The notes under the pieces: model-generated | Told to the model about the DNA's origin: nothing | Database searches by the model: none | What the model saw: the letters and a program-made list of their open reading frames with translations, nothing else | Translations under genes and position numbers: made by a program | Part shown: in pieces, positions 34,716 to 41,130 of the stretch | Layout: the number at the start of each line of letters is the position of its first letter | Position numbering within the stretch: position 1 is the stretch's first letter | Virus record (IMG/VR): IMGVR_UViG_3300029708_000018 | Span: 1 to 56,834 of that record | Source: a virus | Direction: 5' to 3' (one strand) | DNA: 56,834 bases

Positions 34716-34991
34716 TCACACCTCAATCAAAGTAAATTTTCGTTTTTTAACAGTCTTTCCGCTATGAAGTGTTCCGTTCATATCTGTGTAGCACCCCATA
34801 TCAATCGTACTTACCTCACAATCTCCTAAATACACTTGATATTCTTTCCCGGCAATAGAGATAGTTCCAAGTGCATTTTCGTTTTCAAAACTTACATTAA
34901 AGCCACTGTAGTCATATGGTGTACCACAATAAGGGCATTTATTAAGTTTTCTGTCAATCGGTGCGCCACAGTTCACGCAATTTGTAATCAT
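34716..34991 (-). CDS. Zinc-ribbon protein (91 aa).
   Basis: CVNCGAPIDRKLNKCPYCGTPY. Confidence 0.55.
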   Translation of the reverse strand: MITNCVNCGAPIDRKLNKCPYCGTPYDYSGFNVSFENENALGTISIAGKEYQVYLGDCEVSTIDMGCYTDMNGTLHSGKTVKKRKFTLIEV

Positions 34992-35122
34992 TGGTTATCA
35001 CCACCCAAGGATTTTTTAGTCAGCCGCAAGCGGCTCAATCCAGTTCCCTGTGCTAAGTTTAACCGGTATATTGATTAGCACCTGCATTTCTCTAATAAAC
35101 GCACTAGGGGTGTACTGGCAAC

Positions 35123-35181
35123 ATCGCCAATGGGGAAGAGAGGAATTGAACCTCCAATGTTTACCGCTTGGCGATAGCCCT
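35123..35181 (-). other. tRNA-derived fragment. Has a tRNA-Gln-like 5' acceptor/D-arm joined to a T-arm, with no anticodon arm.
   Basis: The minus strand reads AGGGCTATCGCCAAGCGGTAA-ACATT-GGAGG-TTCAATT-CCTCT-CTTCCCCA. An 8-bp stem ATCGCCAA/TTGGCGAT encloses it. Confidence 0.45.
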
Positions 35182-35189
35182 AAAATTTA

Positions 35190-35348
35190 TCATTGCCACA
35201 TAAAGGCTATGGCAAGTATCTGACCAAACATGATAGCGATACCAATGAGCCTTGTGGTAACTGTCTCTTTTTCGTTTAATGTGGCACTTGTCATTCCCAA
35301 TGCAATTAATGCCAGCCATATTGTTGTTGCAATTTTTAAAATAAACAT
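35190..35348 (-). CDS. Small membrane protein (52 aa, 2 TM helices). Not in the ORF track.
   Basis: GAGGTG RBS lies 6 nt upstream of the ATG. Sequence: MFILKIATTIWLALIALGMTSAT...LIGIAIMFGQILAIAFMWQ. Confidence 0.55.
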   Translation of the reverse strand: MFILKIATTIWLALIALGMTSATLNEKETVTTRLIGIAIMFGQILAIAFMWQ

Positions 35349-35358
35349 AATTTACACC

Positions 35359-35532
35359 TCAAAATAAATATTTTTTCAAAAGCTGTTTCAATTCATCTGA
35401 CTTAGTGTACTTAAGCAGCTGATATTTTTCTTTTGCACTTAGCCGGTATCTCATTTTTGAAATTGCCACATCATCAAATTTTGAAAATGGATTTATTCCA
35501 TGTTTTGCCAAAATATATAAAAATCTAATCAT
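35359..35532 (-). CDS. Small protein (57 aa, MIRFLYILAKHGINPFSKFDD...). Not in the ORF track.
   Basis: GAGGAA RBS lies 7 nt upstream of the ATG. Confidence 0.5.
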   Translation of the reverse strand: MIRFLYILAKHGINPFSKFDDVAISKMRYRLSAKEKYQLLKYTKSDELKQLLKKYLF

Positions 35533-35796
35533 TGTATCGTTCCTCTATGTTTCATAAATGCTTAGTATTAGGCTTGTTATTAAGGGAAGATAGATATTAT
35601 TGCTGTCTGTATAAATATCTGTGTCATATATCTCCTTGATGTAATGTTGTATAGGGGCTTTTTATTTTTGTTGGAATTTAAGGCACTAAGTGGGGCGCTT
35701 TTTCGGTGTATCTGCAACCCCCACCCCGGTATGCACTGTCTGATCTGTTAACTGCCATTTATTGTGTTATCACTCACTTAATTATGGTGCTAGAAT

Positions 35797-35842
35797 TGTT
35801 TCAATTGTTCGTTCAATTTACCTTTTCTGTTTCAACTGTTCG
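35797..35842. repeat. 15-bp direct repeat: TGTTTCAATTGTTCG and TGTTTCAACTGTTCG, 31 bp apart.
   Basis: Copies at 35797-35811 and 35828-35842, with an extra TTCAATT between them. Located about 100 bp downstream of terS. Confidence 0.7.
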
Positions 35843-35937
35843 CTAAACAGAAGTTCCACGAATAGTTGACGTTTTAAAAAGCTCTGAAACCCTTGATTTT
35901 ACTGGGTTTATAATTGTCTTAATTTTTAAAACAATTC

Positions 35938-36573
35938 TCATGCATTATCAATCACTCTTTTTTGCAAATTATCAGTCAATTCAGCAGGCTTTTGAGCTGT
36001 CAAATCTGGCAACTGATCGGCTGTCTGCACTTGCTTCTGCCTGTTGCTGTCGGCTGTGTATGGGCTCGCCCATCCAAACTGGCGGTTAAGCACTGCTATT
36101 ACTCCGACAGGGTTTTTATTGCCTGTGACAAGCTTGTCTGATAGACTTTCTTCCCTGTACTTTGCAAGTTTTTTGGGGATGTCCGAAGCCGCAGAGCTTA
36201 GTTTACTGCCATCTTTCCAGTTATATATTATGCTATCTGGTATTCCAGTTAATGTAGTGTAACCTATAACAGATACTTCTTTATCATACCTCATACATAA
36301 GTCATATATATATATATCTAATACTTGCATACATTTATCATAGTCATAACTATTACACGTACTAGGTATTTTATTACCTGTTATATTATAATTAACTGTA
36401 CTTTTAAGTACTCCACCTTTAAACACATTTTTATAAATAAAATAAAGAGCACTATTCCAAACAGCTTGGCTCTCTTTTTTCATGTCTTTAATGCCGTTTT
36501 CTTCACAAAAAATATTAAGTTGTGCCATAATTTCGTTGTCGTAGATTTCAATGTTTTGCTGATCTGCTGTCAT
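35938..36573 (-). CDS. terS: Terminase small subunit candidate.
   Basis: 211 aa. AAGGAGGTG RBS. The C-terminal NPVGVIAVLNRQFGWASP resembles the conserved TerS ...IFxLKNxFGW motif. Confidence 0.55.
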   Translation of the reverse strand: MTADQQNIEIYDNEIMAQLNIFCEENGIKDMKKESQAVWNSALYFIYKNVFKGGVLKSTVNYNITGNKIPSTCNSYDYDKCMQVLDIYIYDLCMRYDKEVSVIGYTTLTGIPDSIIYNWKDGSKLSSAASDIPKKLAKYREESLSDKLVTGNKNPVGVIAVLNRQFGWASPYTADSNRQKQVQTADQLPDLTAQKPAELTDNLQKRVIDNA

Positions 36574-36595
36574 TTTCTGCACCTCCTTAAATCTT

Positions 36596-36653
36596 AAAAA
36601 AAATAAAAGCCTGTACACTCTAGCAACTTTTAATCACTAAAGTCATACAGGCT
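36596..36653 (-). terminator. Strong intrinsic terminator immediately upstream of the terS RBS (leader terminator).
   Basis: AGCCTGTA..ACTTTAG / CTAGAGT..TACAGGCT forms a hairpin of about 15 bp, followed by TTTTATTTTTTTT and then AAGGAGG. Confidence 0.65.
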
Positions 36654-36994
36654 AACCGGCATCCGCATATGGGCGATATAATTAATAACTATATCTGCAA
36701 CCCTCTAAGTTTTTAAATAGCAAGTATATATATTATTCTCACTGGTTTCGTTGCTCTTACAATAAACCTAAATTGTAAAAAAGTCAATACATAAATTTTA
36801 AAATATTAAATATTCAATAGCTATCTAACTATCTAATTAATTAATCATATATATAATTATCAGGTATTTAATATTTTATATATTAACTTATATTTTTATA
36901 ACTAACTCTATTTTATTGTTTGTATATTAAAAATATAAAAAGAGTATTATATATAATAATATATACAGATAACAGATGTTTACCTACTGTATAT

Positions 36995-37014
36995 ATACCC
37001 TATCGATAGGGTAT
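36995..37014. promoter_or_regulatory. Perfect 20-bp palindrome ATACCCTATCGATAGGGTAT at the edge of the AT-rich region.
   Basis: Read directly. Confidence 0.6.
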
Positions 37015-37091
37015 CTTAAATCTTTGCAATATCATGTATTTTTTATCCGCTCAATGGCTTTTATCGTGGCAAATTATCCTTGATTAATCAT

Positions 37092-37124
37092 TAAAAAGAG
37101 CCGCCCAATAATATGGACAGCTCT
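37092..37124 (-). terminator. Intrinsic terminator ending the 38619-37246 operon.
   Basis: 10-bp stem AGAGCTGTCC/GGGCGGCTCT (two G-U pairs) followed by TTTTTAAT. Confidence 0.6.
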
Positions 37125-37245
37125 ATTCTGTATACCTAATTATTTTTATGAGATTATCTCATAAACAAGTGTATTTATACGTTTTTCCATTTCGTAAAAA
37201 TCACAGGTCTCATTTTCTTTATAATCCGGCATTAGCTTATAATCC

Positions 37246-37851
37246 TCAAACTCTTTTGTCGTTCTTGCCTGCCCCATAACAGTCATAAAATGCATCCGTG
37301 AGCTTTCCAAGCTGTTCCGGTGTCAACTCTTCTATTAGTTCTCTCGGAATCCATTTAAAAGCTCCTCGGAATGTTCTTCCAAAGCATCCAACTTTTGAAG
37401 CTTTCTTGATCTGTTCAAGCTTATACATTTCCCCAAGCTCTTTTGTTGTGATTTCTCCGGATTTAACAGCCTTTTTTCCCTCGGCTGTCAAGATTTCCAT
37501 AAGGTCCTCTTTCTTTACTAATCCGATCCCTTTAACTTTTATATCACTTCCATCATTTTCTTTTTCCAATTCATTTATCAATTTTGGAACGTATACAACG
37601 ATAGTTTTATTTTTTGCGTCATAACTTCCTGCCTTTGTTGTACATTCGGAATAGTTCTCTTTGTATTCCCCGTATAACATCTCTACTTCCATACAGTTTA
37701 ACTTCTTCTCTTCTTCCTTCATGTCTTTGTAGCAGTCTGGGCATAGACAGTTCTTTTCGTAAAAAGAGATCTTTCTTTCTCTGTCCGCTGTCTTTCCAAA
37801 GAGTTCGACTGTGCCTGTATGTCCGCAGGCAAATTTTACATCATATTTCAT
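37246..37851 (-). CDS. Hypothetical protein (201 aa) with an N-terminal Cys/His cluster.
   Basis: ORF track. FACGH...CLCPDC. Confidence 0.55.
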   Translation of the reverse strand: MKYDVKFACGHTGTVELFGKTADRERKISFYEKNCLCPDCYKDMKEEEKKLNCMEVEMLYGEYKENYSECTTKAGSYDAKNKTIVVYVPKLINELEKENDGSDIKVKGIGLVKKEDLMEILTAEGKKAVKSGEITTKELGEMYKLEQIKKASKVGCFGRTFRGAFKWIPRELIEELTPEQLGKLTDAFYDCYGAGKNDKRV

Positions 37852-38099
37852 ATTTGATTTCCCCCTATCAAATCAAATTCTTTTTCAACTGGAACGTCTT
37901 TACCATTCCATGTTTTTTCGGCACCTCGAAGAAAGAACGACCAAAAAATTTTATCTGAAAGTTCGGAATTGAGTTCTTCTTTTTCGATTGGCTTTCGCTC
38001 CGCTAATTGAGAATCAAGTAGCTTATTAATGCCGTCAAGAGCAATACTTCTGTCATAACCTAGATCTGTAATTTTTTCTAAAAGTTCCAAAGTTGTCAT
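37848..38099 (-). CDS. Hypothetical protein (83 aa).
   Basis: ORF track. GAGGAGGAA RBS. ATGA overlap with the next gene. Confidence 0.55.
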   Translation of the reverse strand: MTTLELLEKITDLGYDRSIALDGINKLLDSQLAERKPIEKEELNSELSDKIFWSFFLRGAEKTWNGKDVPVEKEFDLIGGNQI

Positions 38100-38101
38100 A
38101 T

Positions 38102-38176
38102 CTATTCCTCCTCTTCAAATGTCTTTGGCTTGCTATATTCGGCTCTGTTATCTGCGTCAACTATTCTGTATTTCAT
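38102..38176 (-). CDS. Micro-ORF (24 aa, MKYRIVDADNRAEYSKPKTFEEEE).
   Basis: GGAGGT lies upstream. The ORF fills an intergenic gap. Very short, so the call is tentative. Confidence 0.25.
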   Translation of the reverse strand: MKYRIVDADNRAEYSKPKTFEEEE

Positions 38177-38181
38177 ACTCT

Positions 38182-38394
38182 TTATACCTCCTTTAAATCA
38201 AAACTACCTACTTTTTCACAAGCATTTTCCCACTCGTTGAATTGCTCGAGTGTAAGCTTATTTCCTTGGCGGTCGCATTCTCCAACTTTGAGCGCTGACC
38301 ACTCGCCGCTATTCCTAGCAATTTCGTATACAGTGTTGTTACTGTATACCCTCGTGAAATTTTTACTTTTTTCATATTTCCCTGATACTCTCAT
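38182..38394 (-). CDS. Hypothetical protein (70 aa).
   Basis: ORF track. Confidence 0.5.
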   Translation of the reverse strand: MRVSGKYEKSKNFTRVYSNNTVYEIARNSGEWSALKVGECDRQGNKLTLEQFNEWENACEKVGSFDLKEV

Positions 38395-38412
38395 TATTTT
38401 TCTCCTCCTAAA

Positions 38413-38619
38413 TTATTTTAAAATGATAGAAACAACACCATGATTGAGTCCTTGCTTCCAGCTCTCAACCTCTTCATTTAAATAATTTGGATGTACTATC
38501 CCATCCAAAAAATCGCCATACTCAAAGCTTGTATGGTCTTTGTGGGCATTGTTGTACACTAAAACAGGTGTACATTTTTCTGAACAATATACTTTCTCTA
38601 AAACGTTTTTGACTGTCAT
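38413..38619 (-). CDS. Hypothetical protein (68 aa).
   Basis: AAAGGAG RBS. First gene downstream of the operator-containing promoter. Confidence 0.55.
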   Translation of the reverse strand: MTVKNVLEKVYCSEKCTPVLVYNNAHKDHTSFEYGDFLDGIVHPNYLNEEVESWKQGLNHGVVSIILK

Positions 38620-38659
38620 AATATTTCTCCTTTCGTGATTACCTCTTTACTATAATCAT

Positions 38660-38688
38660 ATTGTATTCTAATATTAGAATAATGTCAA
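38660..38688 (-). promoter_or_regulatory. Promoter TTGACA-17-TACAAT with the 16-bp palindrome ATTCTAATATTAGAAT in its spacer.
   Basis: Read on the minus strand. The palindrome occupies 38665-38680. Confidence 0.7.
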
Positions 38689-38695
38689 TAGGTTT

Positions 38696-38923
38696 TTAAT
38701 AATATTTTATTTTTTCTTCATCCGTTGGCACAATCTCCACTAGATCGCCCGGCTGGCACTTGCACATAATACATATTTTATTAAGCGTTTCTAGTGTGAT
38801 ACTCTTTCCGGCTTTTATATTCTGTGCGGTTTGCGCCGGCAAAAGCCTTTCTTTCTGTATGCGTGCCTGATTATATCCATGCTCTTTTAATAATGTAAAA
38901 ATGTCTGCTTTGTATTTTATCAT
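38696..38923 (-). CDS. XRE-family HTH regulator (75 aa).
   Basis: ARIQKERLLPAQTAQNIKAGKSITLETLNKIC is the HTH. AAGGAGGAAG RBS. Confidence 0.75.
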   Translation of the reverse strand: MIKYKADIFTLLKEHGYNQARIQKERLLPAQTAQNIKAGKSITLETLNKICIMCKCQPGDLVEIVPTDEEKIKYY

Positions 38924-38946
38924 TTACTCTTCCTCCTTATATAAAG

Positions 38947-38975
38947 ATAGTATCATTTGCGTATCAATATGTCAA
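38947..38975 (-). promoter_or_regulatory. Promoter TTGACA-17-TACTAT of the XRE gene. Part of it forms the left arm of a 17-bp inverted repeat.
   Basis: Read on the minus strand. AATTGACATATTGATAC (38977-38961) recurs on the plus strand at 40693-40709. Confidence 0.6.
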
Positions 38976-39008
38976 TTAAAAATATTCTAATTTTTGAATA
39001 AAAAGTTG

Positions 39009-39037
39009 TTGACTTTATTCTAATATTAGAATATAAT
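39009..39037 (+). promoter_or_regulatory. Consensus promoter TTGACT-17-TATAAT with the same 16-bp palindrome in its spacer.
   Basis: The palindrome occupies 39017-39032. A degenerate copy lies at about 38983-38999. Confidence 0.75.
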
Positions 39038-39074
39038 ACAAGTATCAAATGATGTACGAAAGTGAGGTAACAAT

Positions 39075-39410
39075 ATGAAAGATTATACAAAGTTTATGAA
39101 ATGGGCGGTTGTTTACGTAACCGACAGAAAAGAACAGGACGACAGAAAGAGCAAAGTTAATGTTGAAGCACTTTTTAGTTCTCCAGTACAGGCGGAGGAT
39201 AATTATATCATCCACAACCCAGAAATTAAGCGTTATATTCTCAATGTTGATGATTTAGAAGAGTTTGAAACAGTATACAATCAATTTCAAGATTTAAGGG
39301 AAAAATATGGAGAATATGCAATTTTCCACGTTAAAGACCTTAATTTTAGTTGTGATAAGGAAAACAAATGGCGTGAGATATTAGAAGTATATACAAGTAT
39401 TGATTTTTAG
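39075..39410 (+). CDS. Hypothetical protein (111 aa). First gene of the cassette.
   Basis: GTGAGGT RBS. ORF track. Confidence 0.6.
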   Translation: MKDYTKFMKWAVVYVTDRKEQDDRKSKVNVEALFSSPVQAEDNYIIHNPEIKRYILNVDDLEEFETVYNQFQDLREKYGEYAIFHVKDLNFSCDKENKWREILEVYTSIDF

Positions 39411-39499
39411 CCGAAACGCTCCGGTTTGGAGCGTCAGCCGCGGGATGGTCTCCCGGCTCTGATGATGGCAGACCGCACAATGAAAGGATGGTTGATACT

Positions 39500-39814
39500 A
39501 TGAGAACAATTAAATTACAAGGAATACACACACCACAAAAAGCAATTCCGGCGGCAGAATTAAAGCCGGGAATGGTTACAGTTTGGAATTTTGGTTACAC
39601 TTCCACAGTTAAAAGCGTAGAGCCTACCAAGAGCGGAAAAAGCGTTAAATGCGTTATTATTTCCAACGAAAGCGGAAACGAACACACTAGAACAATGCGA
39701 GCTGATAGGCTTGTAGGAGTTAAAGAGGAAGAGCCAAAAATCCAATTGATAAGGCACTTGCAAGCAGGCAAAAAACATATAGTGGAATATATAGCGATGT
39801 CGGCACAGCATTAG
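39500..39814 (+). CDS. Hypothetical protein (104 aa, starts MRTIKLQGIH). Possibly extended by a -1 shift at an A6 run.
   Basis: AAAGGATGG lies 8 nt upstream of the ATG at 39500. Confidence 0.55.
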   Translation: MRTIKLQGIHTPQKAIPAAELKPGMVTVWNFGYTSTVKSVEPTKSGKSVKCVIISNESGNEHTRTMRADRLVGVKEEEPKIQLIRHLQAGKKHIVEYIAMSAQH

Positions 39815-39939
39815 ACACTTTTAGTACTTCGGAGCTTGCAGAGTATTATATACAACGTTTTGGTGGTAGCGCATTGCGTTATTTCCTCGAGCAAGGAATA
39901 ATTTCCGCAGAAATTAGCAAAGAAAAAGAAGCGATATAA
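39724..39939 (+). other. Open -1 frame with no start codon and a protein-like translation (…DTFSTSELAEYYIQRFGGSALRYFLEQGIISAEISKEKEAI).
   Basis: This frame overlaps the 3' end of 39500..39814. It becomes accessible from that gene at AAAAAA (39770-39775). Confidence 0.35.
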
Positions 39940-39940
39940 T

Positions 39941-39983
39941 AGCAAGGTTGGCACGCTTCCGGGGTTCGATTCCCCGGCTTGCT
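39941..39983 (+). ncRNA. tRNA top-half mimic (acceptor-like stem stacked on a canonical T-arm). It has no anticodon arm, so it is not a tRNA gene.
   Basis: AGCAAG/CTTGCT (6 bp) directly abuts CCGGGG-TTCGATT-CCCCGG, which contains the GGTTCGATTCC T-arm consensus. Confidence 0.45.
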
Positions 39984-40024
39984 TTACCGGAATGACCGGG
40001 AAATTTTAAAAATATGGAGGAATT

Positions 40025-40270
40025 ATGAGTATGGAAAAGCTGAAAAGATTACAGAAAAAGTTGTCTGCATCTGGATATAATGCAGAATTTATTACGGTTT
40101 ACAACCGCAACGGATCCGGTGAAAACGTTCCGGCATTGCGTATAAGCACAGACTACGAAGGACAGTACCCGCCGAAAGAGACATACACGGCTATAAGCGA
40201 TATTAAAAAGCTATGTAAAAATCATGTAACAGAATGCCGCGGATTTTACACCGCCATATTTATTTATTAA
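40025..40270 (+). CDS. Hypothetical protein (81 aa).
   Basis: TGGAGGAATT RBS. ORF track. Confidence 0.6.
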   Translation: MSMEKLKRLQKKLSASGYNAEFITVYNRNGSGENVPALRISTDYEGQYPPKETYTAISDIKKLCKNHVTECRGFYTAIFIY

Positions 40271-40272
40271 CT

Positions 40273-40319
40273 AACCGCCGCAGAGGATGCCAGCCGGACC
40301 GATACCGGCGGCGGTTTTT
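40273..40319 (+). terminator. GC-rich intrinsic terminator.
   Basis: AACCGCCGC...GCGGCGGTT with an inner CCGG/CCGG hairpin, followed by TTTTT. Confidence 0.65.
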
Positions 40320-40358
40320 CCTATAAGGAATAATATTAAAATACGGAGGAAATAAAAA

Positions 40359-40652
40359 ATGACAAAAGAATATCAGAAAATGCTTGGCAATCTGCCCTAC
40401 AAATCGCTTGAAGCGGCAGAAAAAGCATTAAAAAGCCGCTATGATGTAGACATAAGCACGTTAAAAAGTGCCGATTACAATAAACTGATACATGGTGTAC
40501 AATACAGCATATCAAATATTTTTCTGACACTTTCGGAAAGTGCATCCTGCGAAGAGGTTTTGAAAGAATTAGGCAACAAAAAATACCGCACAGAAGCCTT
40601 TGAGCGGTATTTAAGGCATGAAAGTTTTATGTCGATATTTATGCGGTTGTGA
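40359..40652 (+). CDS. Hypothetical protein (97 aa).
   Basis: ACGGAGGAAA RBS. ORF track. Confidence 0.6.
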   Translation: MTKEYQKMLGNLPYKSLEAAEKALKSRYDVDISTLKSADYNKLIHGVQYSISNIFLTLSESASCEEVLKELGNKKYRTEAFERYLRHESFMSIFMRL

Positions 40653-40656
40653 TTAT

Positions 40657-40683
40657 AGAGTGGTACTCGTACCACTCTTTTTA
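40657..40683 (+). terminator. Intrinsic terminator ending the plus-strand cassette.
   Basis: AGAGTGGTAC/GTACCACTCT followed by TTTTT. Confidence 0.75.
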
Positions 40684-40694
40684 ACGTATATGAA

Positions 40695-40724
40695 TTGACA
40701 TATTGATACAAACTGGTGTATGCT
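40695..40724 (+). promoter_or_regulatory. Promoter TTGACA-18-TATGCT. Right arm of the 17-bp inverted repeat. It faces a region with no ORFs.
   Basis: AATTGACATATTGATAC at 40693-40709 is identical to the XRE-gene promoter. Confidence 0.5.
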
Positions 40725-40977
40725 ATAAGTGTTTAACTTTGTATGTCCTTTATGTTGTATAAATGTTTACCAAAATCGTAAAAATATCTACAAAAATAGC
40801 AAAATGAAGTGATCTGGCAAAATTCCTTAAATTTTCGTGAATTGTCAGAAAACTTTAGTTTATTAAAGCGGCGGTCACGTTCTTTACACGTTCTCTACAA
40901 GTTTTTCCAAAAATTTATTTTTAAAATTTTCAGATTTAAATTGCCCTATTTTAGGGGGTAGGGGGGTTCTTTTTCTG

Positions 40978-41130
40978 CTAGAAATTTTTTGCGGTGCAAA
41001 AGTTTTGTTCCGTAAAAATCAGCGATTTAGCTGTATAACTGGACTGCTTCAATTCTTTTATTAACTTTTCCTTAGTCATTCCCGGATTAGTCCTTTGTAT
41101 ATATTCCAGTAATTCATTTAATTTATCCAT
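40978..41130 (-). CDS. Small protein (50 aa, starts MDKLNELLEYIQ).
   Basis: The internal ATG overlaps the upstream stop (coupling). Confidence 0.45.
   Translation of the reverse strand: MDKLNELLEYIQRTNPGMTKEKLIKELKQSSYTAKSLIFTEQNFCTAKNF

Noticed and set aside
36700-36990. The AT-rich repeat-like tract as an IS element, CRISPR leader or coding region.
   Set aside because: It has no terminal inverted repeats, no transposase and no ORF. The sequence is low-complexity A/T with short phased runs. I treat it as regulatory or structural DNA.
35123-39983. Bona fide tRNA genes at the two T-arm-containing loci.
   Set aside because: Neither locus has an anticodon stem-loop or a full cloverleaf. The 35123-35181 element has non-complementary acceptor halves. 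The 39941-39983 element is only about 43 nt long.
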